A stretch of DNA of 62,305 nt. It comes from a bacterium (lineage in GTDB: Bacteria > Sysuimicrobiota > Sysuimicrobiia > Sysuimicrobiales > Kaftiobacteriaceae). The stretch spans positions 1 to 62,305 of the forward strand of contig JBIOWP010000115.1 in assembly GCA_044868695.1 (NCBI GenBank), read 5' to 3'. Each line of letters starts with the position of its first letter. Position 1 is the first letter of the stretch. Of the stretch, positions 30,234-39,622 are shown piece after piece. The position numbers and the translations under genes are program-made. The notes beneath the pieces were generated by a model. That model was not told the origin of the DNA, ran no database searches, and saw only the letters and a list, made by a program, of their open reading frames with translations.

Positions 30234-30742
30234 CACACGCGAGGCTGGCGCGGCAACTGTCGGCGTACCTGGATGGGGAGCTCACCGAGCCGGATGCGGA
30301 CGCGGTCCGCACTCATCTGACCCAGTGTTCCGTCTGCCGTGAGGAGCTGGCGCGGCTGCGGGCGGTGAAGGCGCTGCTGGCCCGGCTCCCTGAGCGTGAG
30401 GCGCCGCAGGAGCTGCTGGCGGCCCTGCGCACGTATCCGTCCCGGCCCGTCGCGAGGCTGGTCGCAACCGTCCGCGATGTCCTGCGTGGTGCGGTCCGGC
30501 GGCCGGGGGCGGCCGTGGCCGCGGCCGCGCTGGTGCTCTTGCTGGTTGCCTTCCCGCTGGTGCGCGGCCGGGTGGAACGTCTGCGGGCGGCCGGAGTCGG
30601 CGCCGACCTGATCGTGCGCGAGCACGTCCTGGTGGCGGCGGACGAGCCGTTTCCCGATCGCGCCTACCTGGGATTGCTCGCTGGCGATGCCAGCGTCGCG
30701 CTGGCGGGTGCCCCGCGGGAGGAGGCCAAGGAGGCGCGATGA
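30230..30742 (+). CDS. Zinc-binding anti-sigma factor (zf-HC2)
   Basis: LSAYLDGEL...HLTQCSVC plus TM. Confidence 0.9.
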   Translation: MTHARLARQLSAYLDGELTEPDADAVRTHLTQCSVCREELARLRAVKALLARLPEREAPQELLAALRTYPSRPVARLVATVRDVLRGAVRRPGAAVAAAALVLLLVAFPLVRGRVERLRAAGVGADLIVREHVLVAADEPFPDRAYLGLLAGDASVALAGAPREEAKEAR

Positions 30743-31764
30743 TCCGTCCTCATCTCATCGGCGCGGTGTCCCTCGTCGTCACGTTGGCTGTTCCAGGGCT
30801 CGGCGCGCCGGCGCGGCCTCCGCTGCCCTCTGCCGCTGCGGTCGTGGCCGCGATGCTGGCCGCGCCCGCCCAAGTGGACTATGAGGGCACGAAGGTATTG
30901 AGCGCCGTTCGAGGCGAGCGCGCGGAAACCGTCACGGTCCTGGAGTCGTACAAACGGATGGGGAAGCTGCGGCTGGAGTTCCTCTCACCCGAATCCGTCG
31001 CCGGCCGCCTCATCGTGGATAACGGCGTGTCGTCCTGGCAGTATGAGCCATCGCAGCATCTTGTCATGATGGGCCCGTCGTTCGTGCGCCCGGGTGGCGG
31101 CCCGGCACGCGGGGGGGAGATTCGCCGGGCCTCTCTCATTGCCGTGCTGGGGATCGAAGAGGTCATCGGACGGCAGACCATTGCTATCGCGATCGAGCCG
31201 CGGGCCGGAGGATCGAGCCGGCGATATTGGGTTGACCGTGTGACGGGCGTGATCCTGCGGATGGAGGAACGGGATGAGACCGGCCAGATCGTCTTTACGA
31301 GTTTTTTCACCCGGATCAGTTTTGGGCTGAACCTCCCGGCGGCGCTGTTCCGGTTCACCGCTCCATCCGGCGCGCGGGTGATTTCCTTCCCTGCGACCGG
31401 CCGTGCCATCACAAGCCCGGAGGCGCTGACTCGTACGGCCGGTTTCGGGGTCACGCTGCCCCCGTCGCTGCCCTACGGGTATCGTTTCCGCCACGGCGGT
31501 ATCTCGCACCACGGGGCGCTGGCCGCGTCATCCGCTACCTATACTGACGGTGTCCGGGCACTGACGGTGGTCCAGACGCCGTCGTCCCGGATGGCATTTC
31601 CTCAGGTGGGGACGTCCGTCCCCTTGGAGGCCGGCGCCGCGCGGACCCTGGATCTGGGATACTTCCGGATCCTGGTGTGGCGGGCGCGCGGCACCAACAT
31701 CGCCCTTGCGGGAAACCTTTCCACCGCGGCGCTCGTGCTCATCGCAGACGAAATCAATCGCTAA
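30739..31764 (+). CDS. MucB/RseB-like periplasmic sigma regulator
   Basis: Signal peptide, LolA-like fold (YWVDRVTGVIL), YTDG motif; follows the anti-sigma gene. Confidence 0.8.
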   Translation: MIRPHLIGAVSLVVTLAVPGLGAPARPPLPSAAAVVAAMLAAPAQVDYEGTKVLSAVRGERAETVTVLESYKRMGKLRLEFLSPESVAGRLIVDNGVSSWQYEPSQHLVMMGPSFVRPGGGPARGGEIRRASLIAVLGIEEVIGRQTIAIAIEPRAGGSSRRYWVDRVTGVILRMEERDETGQIVFTSFFTRISFGLNLPAALFRFTAPSGARVISFPATGRAITSPEALTRTAGFGVTLPPSLPYGYRFRHGGISHHGALAASSATYTDGVRALTVVQTPSSRMAFPQVGTSVPLEAGAARTLDLGYFRILVWRARGTNIALAGNLSTAALVLIADEINR

Positions 31765-31769
31765 AGACC

Positions 31770-31899
31770 GAATCTATTGAATCTATAGAATCTATCGAAT
31801 CCATTGAATCTATTGAATCCATAGAATCTATTGAATCAACAGATTCAACAGATCCAAGAGATCCAATAGATCCAAGAGATTCAATAGATCCAATAGATT
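31770..31899. repeat. Long 9-mer tandem-repeat palindrome (GAATCYATH x7 / GATYCAANA x6)
   Basis: AT-rich array followed by its reverse complement; same unit as 25900-26036. Confidence 0.92.
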
Positions 31900-31913
31900 G
31901 AGAGGGGTCCGTC

Positions 31914-32198
31914 GTGCACCTGCGTGAATTCCAGAAGACGATCGAGGTGATCTACGGCGCGCGCGACCGGCAGCGTGGGAAGGACGGGACGTTTCGCTGG
32001 CTGGTCGAGGAAGTGGGCGAGCTGGCCCGCGCGATGCGGGACGGCGATCCCGAGGCGCTGCGCGAGGAAATCTCTGACGTCCTGGCCTGGACCGCCAGCG
32101 TCGCATCCTTGTGCAGCGTCGACGTCGAGCAGGCGGTGGCCCGGTACGCGCATACTTGCCCGAAGTGCCATCACGCTCCCTGCACGTGCGCGGCCTGA
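31914..32198 (+). CDS. MazG-like nucleotide pyrophosphohydrolase
   Basis: EEVGELA...EEISDVLAW; C-terminal CPKC..PCTC. Confidence 0.88.
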   Translation: MHLREFQKTIEVIYGARDRQRGKDGTFRWLVEEVGELARAMRDGDPEALREEISDVLAWTASVASLCSVDVEQAVARYAHTCPKCHHAPCTCAA

Positions 32199-32209
32199 CT
32201 CCGCCCATC

Positions 32210-33193
32210 ATGTCGTCTGCGGCGTCTCTCCCTCCATCGGTCCTTGCCCTCCACCGCAAGGCAACTGTCGTTGACCTCCATAACGACGTCATCCTGGACG
32301 TCCAGGCCGGCAAGCGCGATATCGCCGTGCGATCTCCGGTCGGACACAGCGACCTGCCGCGGCTGCGGGAGGGCGGCGTAGACGTTCAGGTGTTCGCGCT
32401 CTTCGTTCATCCACAGCAGGCGGATCGCGGCTACGCGCGGGTGGTCGAGCTGCTGGATGCCTGTGACCGGCTTGCGGCGGCGAACGCGTCGACCCTCGCT
32501 CTGGCGGAGGCCGTTGCCGAGATCGAGCAGGTGGGCGCGTCCGGCCGGCTGGCCGTCGTGCGGGCGGTGGAAAACGGCTCAGCGCTCGGCGGGGACCCAG
32601 GCAGAGTCGAGGTCCTGTTCCGCCGCGGGGTGCGGATGATGAGCCTCACGTGGAACAACAGCAACGGGTTGGCCGACGGCGCCCTGGAGGCCGTGCACGG
32701 GGGGCTTACGGAGCTGGGCCGGGCCGTGCTCAGCCGGATGCAGCAGCTCGGCATGGTGGTGGACGTCTCGCACCTCTCTGAGAAGAGTTTCTGGGATGTC
32801 CTGGCTGCGACCGGGGGCCCGGTGGTCGCGACCCACTCCAACGCCGCCGGGCTCACTCCCCACCCGCGCAACTTGACGGATCAACAACTCCGCGCGCTGG
32901 CGGAGCGCGGCGGCGTGGTGGGGGTCAACTACTATCCCACGTTCACCGGCGGAGCGTCTCTGGGGCGGATCCTCGATCACGTCGACCACCTGGTCGTGGT
33001 GATGGGTCCGGACCACGTCGCGCTGGGATCCGACTTCGATGGGTTCACCGGGCAGGTCAACGATCTCGAGGATGCGAGCAGGCTCCCCAACCTGACCGCC
33101 GGGCTGCTCGCCCGCGGCCACGCACCCGGGACCGTCAGGAAGATTCTTGGGGAAAACGCCCTTCGCGTGTTCCGACAGGTGTGGGGACGCTAG
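32210..33193 (+). CDS. Membrane dipeptidase (peptidase M19)
   Basis: DLHND, LTWN, DVSH, THSN, GSDFDG. Confidence 0.92.
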   Translation: MSSAASLPPSVLALHRKATVVDLHNDVILDVQAGKRDIAVRSPVGHSDLPRLREGGVDVQVFALFVHPQQADRGYARVVELLDACDRLAAANASTLALAEAVAEIEQVGASGRLAVVRAVENGSALGGDPGRVEVLFRRGVRMMSLTWNNSNGLADGALEAVHGGLTELGRAVLSRMQQLGMVVDVSHLSEKSFWDVLAATGGPVVATHSNAAGLTPHPRNLTDQQLRALAERGGVVGVNYYPTFTGGASLGRILDHVDHLVVVMGPDHVALGSDFDGFTGQVNDLEDASRLPNLTAGLLARGHAPGTVRKILGENALRVFRQVWGR

Positions 33194-33200
33194 ACGCACG

Positions 33201-33301
33201 AACTGCCGGGAACGAGGGAACAGGGGAATGAGGGAACGCGGGACAGCCAATGAACCGTGTTTATGTCCTTGTTCCCGCGTTCCCCTGTTCCCGCGATCCC
33301 G
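33201..33301. repeat. GGGAAC-type repeat hairpin between convergent genes
   Basis: gggaacga gggaaca ggggaatg agggaacg ... tgttcccg cgttcccc tgttcccg cgatcccg. Confidence 0.85.
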
Positions 33302-34142
33302 TCGGTGGTGAGTCACTCGTACCCTTAATAGCAAGTATTGCCTCCCTTATGATTGTGGCCGCCAGCACCGCGGTGCGCCCCGTGGGATCATGCGGAGGCG
33401 AGACCTCGACGACGTCCAGTCCCACGACGTTCAACAGGCCGAGCCGGCGGACGAACGCAAGCAGCTCCGGTGCCCGCACGCCGTCCGGTTCGGGGTTGCC
33501 GGTGCCGGGCGCGTCCGACGGATCCAGCACGTCGATGTCGAGCGTGACGTAGACCGGGCGCGGCTCCATCCACGCCCAGACATCAGCGGGGAGGGCGATC
33601 CGGGGGCCGCTGAACCGCAGCGCGCGCGCGGCGTCGAACTCTTCGGCGGTTCCCGCTCGGACCCCCAGCTGCACGACAGATCCTGCCTCGAGAACGTCCA
33701 GCACGCGCCGGACGACGGTCGCATGCGAGACGGCCCGGCCCTCGTAGGCATCCCGCAGGTCGGTGTGGGCGTCAAGCTGCATCACCACGAGCGACGGATG
33801 CCGGCGGTGCAGCGCCTGGACCGCGCCCAGGGTGACGGTGTGTTCGCCGCCCAGCACCAGTGGAACGGCGGCCGGGTCGAGGGCCAGGAGACGGTCTCTC
33901 ACGGCATCCACGACCCGCTCGGGTGTAAGGCCGGTAGTGTCGACATCTCCCAGGTCGGTGACGGCGACGCGTTCGAGGTCCCGGCGCAGCACCGGGCTGT
34001 AGGTCTCGATACTCTGCGATGCCCATCGGATGGCGTCGGGTCCGTGCCCGCTCCCGGCGCGGAAGGTGGAGGTGGCGTCGAAGGGCACCCCGACGATGAC
34101 CACTTCGGGTGACGTGGCCGGACGCGACGACAGAAACGTCAT
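33261..34142 (-). CDS. speB: Agmatinase-family ureohydrolase
   Basis: GGEHT, DAHTD, DIDVLDP, EVSPPHD. Confidence 0.93.
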   Translation of the reverse strand: MTFLSSRPATSPEVVIVGVPFDATSTFRAGSGHGPDAIRWASQSIETYSPVLRRDLERVAVTDLGDVDTTGLTPERVVDAVRDRLLALDPAAVPLVLGGEHTVTLGAVQALHRRHPSLVVMQLDAHTDLRDAYEGRAVSHATVVRRVLDVLEAGSVVQLGVRAGTAEEFDAARALRFSGPRIALPADVWAWMEPRPVYVTLDIDVLDPSDAPGTGNPEPDGVRAPELLAFVRRLGLLNVVGLDVVEVSPPHDPTGRTAVLAATIIREAILAIKGTSDSPPTGSREQGNAGTRT

Positions 34143-34969
34143 GCGCCGCCCAGGTGAGGGAGGCGCAGCGCCGCGGCGTGGGTGTCGGCCGAGTACAGGC
34201 GCGCGGCCACGCCGGCCAGCCGGGAGGAAATCGTGTCCGGAGCCAGCGCGACCGGATTGTGGCGCTTGCTGGCATACGAAAAGCTCCACAACACTCCTGG
34301 GTAGGCCGGCACGGGCGCCCAGTACGTGCCCACGAGCGGGAACGTGGTGCGCAGGTGCCGCCGGACCATCGCCGTCAGGTCCCTCTGGTACAGGAGCGAG
34401 CCGCTCTGCGCCGCCAGCACGCCGTCGTCGGTCAAGATGCGCGCGCACGAGGCGTAGAACTCCGGGGAGAACAGCGCCACGCCGGGCCCTTTCGGGTCCG
34501 TCGAATCGACGAGGATGACGTCGAACCGATCGGCCGTCGTCCGCACGAACTCAATCCCATCACTGATCAACAGCCGGACCCGAGCGTCATCAAAGGCGTT
34601 CCCGCTGATCGCCGGCAGGAACCGGCGGCAGACGTCCACCACGTCCCGGTCAATCTCCACCATCGTGGCGTGGGTGACCTGGTGCTTGAGCACCTCTTCC
34701 AGGCTTCCGCCGTCGCCGCCACCGATCACCAGGACGCGGCGAGGCGATGGATGCGTGACGAGCGGGAGGTGGGCCAGCATCTCATGGTAGGTGTACTCGT
34801 CCTGCTCGGTCGTCTGCACGGCGTCATCGAGGACGAGCATACGGCCGAACAACCGGCTGGTCGCCACCTGGATGTGCTGGAACGCGGACCGCCCGTCGTA
34901 GAGGATGTCGTCGATCTGCGTGGCCTGGGCGAACCCCGGACCGACGATGTCCACGATCCACTCCGGCAT
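34139..34969 (-). CDS. speE: Polyamine aminopropyltransferase
   Basis: YHEMLAH, IGGGDGG, VEID, DSTDP. Confidence 0.95.
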   Translation of the reverse strand: MPEWIVDIVGPGFAQATQIDDILYDGRSAFQHIQVATSRLFGRMLVLDDAVQTTEQDEYTYHEMLAHLPLVTHPSPRRVLVIGGGDGGSLEEVLKHQVTHATMVEIDRDVVDVCRRFLPAISGNAFDDARVRLLISDGIEFVRTTADRFDVILVDSTDPKGPGVALFSPEFYASCARILTDDGVLAAQSGSLLYQRDLTAMVRRHLRTTFPLVGTYWAPVPAYPGVLWSFSYASKRHNPVALAPDTISSRLAGVAARLYSADTHAAALRLPHLGGA

Positions 34970-34974
34970 GCTCG

Positions 34975-35454
34975 CTAGCCTCCGGGCCCGCGCGGATCCG
35001 GCCAGAAGACCACGGCGGCGATGACGCACCCAATCCGCTGGACCACGTGCTCTTTGACCGCGACGCGGATCTCGTCTGCCGCCAGATCCCGGACGGCCAT
35101 CGCTTCTTCCACCATCCTCCGGACGATCGCCTCTGCGTTCTCCCCGGTGCCCGTGTGGTCGTACTCCATAATTACACCGTAGCTCCCGCGGGAAAACCCC
35201 AGGCCCACCGCGGCGGAGATGCGTTCCCCCGGGGTATGGCTGGCGATGCGAGCGTACACCGCAGGCGTCAGGGTCCCGGGAACGAATAGAGGTACAGGGA
35301 TGACGGAGACGCCTGCCGGCAAAATGCTGGTCACGCGGAGGAAGTTGAGATTGGCGATTCCGGCATCCATCAGGGCCCGGTCGAAGGCCGTCAGCTCGGT
35401 GAGACCCTCGCCGCTGCCGGCCACGACGGACACCGCCCTGGGTCGTTCCCACAT
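34975..35454 (-). CDS. pdaD: Pyruvoyl-dependent arginine decarboxylase
   Basis: AFDRALMDAGIANLNFLRVT-SILP autocleavage site, GVIMEY. Confidence 0.88.
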   Translation of the reverse strand: MWERPRAVSVVAGSGEGLTELTAFDRALMDAGIANLNFLRVTSILPAGVSVIPVPLFVPGTLTPAVYARIASHTPGERISAAVGLGFSRGSYGVIMEYDHTGTGENAEAIVRRMVEEAMAVRDLAADEIRVAVKEHVVQRIGCVIAAVVFWPDPRGPGG

Positions 35455-35548
35455 GCCGATGTCACCTCCGTCGCCTGGCACTATTCCATCCACCCGAGAG
35501 CGCTCCTGCCCATCCCGTGCCTCCGGCTGCGAGGCGCGCTGGACGCTG

Positions 35549-37207
35549 GTGCGCCGCGGGCTCGCGTTGATCGTGTCCCTCATCGTTGTCGCCCATGCGC
35601 TGCCCGCCCATCCCGCTCCCGCCGCCCCTGCCGTGCCGCCCGTCCCGCTGGGGGTCCGGGCCGCCGAGGGAGCCGACTTCGGAGCGCTGCGTGGCATGGG
35701 GGCCACAGCGGTCAAGCTGGTCGCCAACTGGTCGGAGATTGAGGCGCGACAAGGCACCCTGCAGTGGGACGTCCTCGATGGAGCGGTAAGCGCCGCGCGG
35801 GCCGCCGGTCTGCGGGTCGTCCTGGTCCTCTCGTATACGCCGAGGTGGGCCTCGCCGGCCACCGGCGCGGAACTGTCGGATCCGTCTATCTATGCCCGCC
35901 AGCCGCCGAAGCGGGCCGGCGATTGGGATGCGTTTGTCACCGCGGCGGTCTCACGATACAAGGACCAGGTGCGGGACTGGCAGATCTGGACGGCGCGCGG
36001 CCTGCCGCTGTTCCGCGGCACGACCCGCCAGTACCTGGACATGCTCCAATCCGCCCGCGTGATCATCAAAGTGAATGACCCCGGCGCGCGCATCATCCTC
36101 TCCACGCCGTTTGGCTTGGACCTGACGGATCTCCGGCGGATGGTGACAGATGCCGCGGATGACTTTGACGTGATCTCGCTGGCACCGCGGGGGATTCCGC
36201 CTGACACGCTGCTGCGTGCGCTGGGCACGATCCGGGATCGCGTGCTGGCTCGAACGCCCAAGGCGCTGTGGATCGAGTGGGATCCGTACTCGTACGGCCA
36301 GCGAGCAAGTTGGCCGGGCCATCTCGTCAAGCTCCAGGCCGTGGCCAGAGCGTTTGGCGTGGAGTACCTCTTCTGGACCGACGCCACGGCCATCACCCAG
36401 GTCGTCCTCGGCGCGCTTGCAGGCACCCTTGGGCGGAAGCCGTACGCCGGGTACGTGATGCGGCAGCGTGCGCTGCTGCTGGTCTTCGGCGATGCCGATC
36501 CGTCGGTCGTGGCGTGGAGCGCGGAGGGCGAGGCGAGCGTGACCGTTGACGGAGAGCAGGTCAAGGCGTACGGCCCCACCGGAGATCCCCGGCCCGTGGC
36601 CGGTGACGGGGAGAAACGGACGGTGACGCTTGGGACCGATCCGCTGGTGCTGACCGGCGTCGCCAGCGCAGTGGCCGGCGAGGCCAGACAGGCCGCGCAG
36701 TCCGGCTACCCGTTGCTGCCCGCCGCCGCCGACTTCAGCCAGGCGGCCGAGGTCTCGGCCCGCCTGGGCAAGACGAACGTGGAGCGCGGGCTGTACAACA
36801 CGCCGTACCGCGCGCGGAACGACGCGACCACCGTGATTGACGTCGACGGCGCCGAGGCTGTGCGGGCCGACTCGGCGGCGGAACGCATCTACCTGCGCTT
36901 TGACGTCGACGACACGTATCTGTACTTCGTGGATGGCCGCGCGACCGTCGAGATCACCGTCGAAGTACGCGGTGCCTCGGCGCCGGAGCAGCTGGGGTTC
37001 AATCTGTGGTACGACTCGATGAGCGGCTACCGGTTCACACCCTGGCAGAAGGTCGAGGCGTCCCAGGGCTGGGTGGCCTATACGTTCCGCCTGACCGACG
37101 CCGCCTTTGCCAATACCTGGGGCTGGGACTTCGCCATCAACGCCGCCGGCAACCGCGCTGAGGATCTCGTGGTTCGAAGCGTGACGGTGAAGAAGGTGAC
37201 TCCCTGA
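35549..37207 (+). CDS. Secreted clan GH-A-like protein with beta-sandwich C-terminus, probably catalytically degenerate
   Basis: Signal peptide, WSEIE, YTPRWAS, RYKDQVRDWQIW followed by TAR instead of NEP; start uncertain. Confidence 0.65.
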   Translation: MRRGLALIVSLIVVAHALPAHPAPAAPAVPPVPLGVRAAEGADFGALRGMGATAVKLVANWSEIEARQGTLQWDVLDGAVSAARAAGLRVVLVLSYTPRWASPATGAELSDPSIYARQPPKRAGDWDAFVTAAVSRYKDQVRDWQIWTARGLPLFRGTTRQYLDMLQSARVIIKVNDPGARIILSTPFGLDLTDLRRMVTDAADDFDVISLAPRGIPPDTLLRALGTIRDRVLARTPKALWIEWDPYSYGQRASWPGHLVKLQAVARAFGVEYLFWTDATAITQVVLGALAGTLGRKPYAGYVMRQRALLLVFGDADPSVVAWSAEGEASVTVDGEQVKAYGPTGDPRPVAGDGEKRTVTLGTDPLVLTGVASAVAGEARQAAQSGYPLLPAAADFSQAAEVSARLGKTNVERGLYNTPYRARNDATTVIDVDGAEAVRADSAAERIYLRFDVDDTYLYFVDGRATVEITVEVRGASAPEQLGFNLWYDSMSGYRFTPWQKVEASQGWVAYTFRLTDAAFANTWGWDFAINAAGNRAEDLVVRSVTVKKVTP

Positions 37208-37281
37208 AGGAGGGACCGTCCCGCCGTCCCGAACTGTGTCATCGCCATCATCCACGCATGACGGAAGGGGAGGGAAGCGCG

Positions 37282-38586
37282 ATGCACAAAGAGGCTCGCA
37301 TCAGCACGGCATCCGCGCTGGCCGCTGCCGTTCTGGCGGCGCTGGTCGCCGGGACGATACCGGCCCTGGGCGCAGCCGGCGGGCCGGCGGTGGCCCAGCA
37401 GGCGGTCCCGGCGTCAATCAAGGTCGGGGCGCTGTTCGACACGACCGGCCCGACGTCCGACGTCGGCGTCGACTACTCGCGCGCCGTCCTGGACCACGTC
37501 CGGTACATCAACGAGGTCGAGGGCGGGGTCCGCGGCAGGGTTAAGATCGACCTGGTCTGGTCGGACTACGGGTACCGGATCCCGGACGCGCTGTCCCTGT
37601 ACCGGAAGTACCGGGACGTCGATGGGGTCAACGCCATCGTCGGCTGGGGGACCGGCGACACGGAGGCGCTGAAAGACCAGGTGTCGGCCGATCAAATTCC
37701 GTTCATCTCAGCCAGCTACTCCTCACACCTCAACGATCCGTCCCGGACGCCGTACAACTTCTACCCGGTCAGCAGCTACTCCGACCAGCTGCGCGCCGTC
37801 CTGAAGTATCTGAAGGAACAGGCGGACCAGGAACGGATCAGCCGCCCCAAGATCGTGTTCCTCTACCCGGACCACCCCTATGGGCGCGCGCCCATCCCGG
37901 CCGGCAAGGCCTACGCGCAGGAACTGGGATTCGAGGTCGGGGCCGATCAAATCGTGGCGCTGACCGCCCTGGAAGCCCGCTCCCAGATCGCCGCGGTGAA
38001 GGCGTTCGGCGCCCAGTTCGCGTGGATCGGGGGCACGACGAACTCCGCGTCGGTCATCGTCCGCGATGCCCGGGCGGCCGGGTTGACCACGCGCTTCGTG
38101 GTCAACGTGTGGGGGTTCGACGAAAACATGATCAAGCTGATCGGCAAAGATGCCGATGGCGTGCTGGCCTCCACGCCGCACGTGTACTTCGGCGAGCCCG
38201 CGGCAGGCATGGCCAAGATGTTCGACGCGCTGCAGCGCTTCCACAACAGGCAGCCGTCCTTCACCTGGGGGACCACACAGACGCCGTTCATCGCGTCGTA
38301 TGTGCGCGGCTGGCTGAACGTGTACCTCCTGAAGCGGGGACTGGAAATCATCGTCGACAACTGGGACACGTACTCGCGCCTCGGAGGGTTCAGCGGACCG
38401 TCGGTGCGCTCGGCTCTGGAAACGCTGAAGAACTGGAATCCCGATGGGCTGGCGCCGGCCGTGTCCCTGGCACGCGATGATCACAGGCCGTCGACGACCA
38501 CCCGTATTGTCACCGTGCGCGACGGGCGCGTCGTGGTGCTGAAGCAGGTGACCATCGAACGGCGCCGGGACTGGTTGGGCTTCTAA
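37282..38586 (+). CDS. Liv-type ABC transporter substrate-binding protein
   Basis: Signal peptide, DTTGPTSDVG, GWGTGDTEAL, YNF..SYSDQ. Confidence 0.9.
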   Translation: MHKEARISTASALAAAVLAALVAGTIPALGAAGGPAVAQQAVPASIKVGALFDTTGPTSDVGVDYSRAVLDHVRYINEVEGGVRGRVKIDLVWSDYGYRIPDALSLYRKYRDVDGVNAIVGWGTGDTEALKDQVSADQIPFISASYSSHLNDPSRTPYNFYPVSSYSDQLRAVLKYLKEQADQERISRPKIVFLYPDHPYGRAPIPAGKAYAQELGFEVGADQIVALTALEARSQIAAVKAFGAQFAWIGGTTNSASVIVRDARAAGLTTRFVVNVWGFDENMIKLIGKDADGVLASTPHVYFGEPAAGMAKMFDALQRFHNRQPSFTWGTTQTPFIASYVRGWLNVYLLKRGLEIIVDNWDTYSRLGGFSGPSVRSALETLKNWNPDGLAPAVSLARDDHRPSTTTRIVTVRDGRVVVLKQVTIERRRDWLGF

Positions 38587-38593
38587 ATCCTCG

Positions 38594-38619
38594 GAGGGGG
38601 AGGGCGAATTCCCTCCCCC
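38594..38619 (+). other. GC-rich stem-loop after the binding-protein gene (possible mRNA stabiliser or REP-like element)
   Basis: GGGGGAGGG-CGAATT-CCCTCCCCC. Confidence 0.45.
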
Positions 38620-38725
38620 TTCCGACTCCTCCCCCTCCCCATGCTGTCCCTCGGGCGCGACGTTGGCGATGGTCGGACTCGGCAAAGCCGGTCCTGCGCA
38701 TGAAACCTGGGGGCTACTGAGGCAC

Positions 38726-39523
38726 ATGCTCACTGTCAACAATATCGAGGTGGTCTACTGGGGCACCATCCTGGTGTTGAAGGGCGTGTCCCTGAATGTG
38801 TCCGACCGGACGATCACGGCCCTCATCGGAGCGAATGGGGCCGGGAAAACCACAACGCTGAAGGCCATCACGGGCTTGATCCGGCTTGAGCGCGGGGAGG
38901 TTACCCGCGGCAGCATCGAGTTCGCGGGCCGGAGGATCGAAAATCACTTGCCGGAAGAGACGGCGCGCTCGGGCGTCGTCATGGTGCGGGAGGGACGCCG
39001 GCTCTTCGAGGAGCTCACCGCTGAAGAAAATCTCTTGGTCGGGGCGGGGACGCGCCGGGACGGGCCGGGCGCAGGCCGCCGGGCCCGGATGGATCTCGTC
39101 TACCAGTACTTCCCCCGGCTGGCCGACCGCCGTGGGGTGCGGGCCGGATACCTGTCGGGCGGGGAGCAGCAGATGCTGGCGATCGGGTGCGCGATGATGG
39201 CGAATCCCACGCTCCTGCTGCTCGATGAGCCCAGTCTCGGGCTTGCGCCGCTCGTGGCGCACGAGATCTTTGGCCTGATCCACCGCCTGAACGCCGACGA
39301 GGGGATGACCGTGCTCCTGGTGGAGCAGAACGCGAAGATGGCTCTCGAGCTCGCGTCCTACGGCTACGTCATGGAGAACGGCAAGATCATGCTGGACGGT
39401 CCAACCGCGAAACTGCGCGAAGATGCCGACGTGGAGGAATTCTACCTCGGCATCCGGGGCGCGGAGCGGCGGAAGTTCACGGAGATCAAGAGCTACAAGC
39501 GCCGCAAGCGGTGGCTGGCCTGA
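38726..39523 (+). CDS. ABC ATP-binding protein (LivF-like)
   Basis: GANGAGKTT, LSGGEQQM, DEPSLGLAP, C-terminal SYKRRKRWL. Confidence 0.93.
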   Translation: MLTVNNIEVVYWGTILVLKGVSLNVSDRTITALIGANGAGKTTTLKAITGLIRLERGEVTRGSIEFAGRRIENHLPEETARSGVVMVREGRRLFEELTAEENLLVGAGTRRDGPGAGRRARMDLVYQYFPRLADRRGVRAGYLSGGEQQMLAIGCAMMANPTLLLLDEPSLGLAPLVAHEIFGLIHRLNADEGMTVLLVEQNAKMALELASYGYVMENGKIMLDGPTAKLREDADVEEFYLGIRGAERRKFTEIKSYKRRKRWLA

Positions 39524-39531
39524 CTACAACC

Positions 39532-39622
39532 ACGGGATCGGGGATACGGGAGCAGGGATCCGACAATACCCAACTTGGGAGCGGTCTTAATCACGAATTA
39601 CCTGCTCCCGGCTCCCGTGATT
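39532..39622. repeat. Heptamer repeat hairpin at the convergent junction
   Basis: cgggatc ggggata cgggagc agggatc ... ctcccgg ctcccgt. Confidence 0.6.

Noticed and set aside
31677-31901. CRISPR array, or a real ESI-repeat protein
   Set aside because: Units are 9 nt with no unique spacers and no cas genes; the ORF is just the translated DNA repeat.
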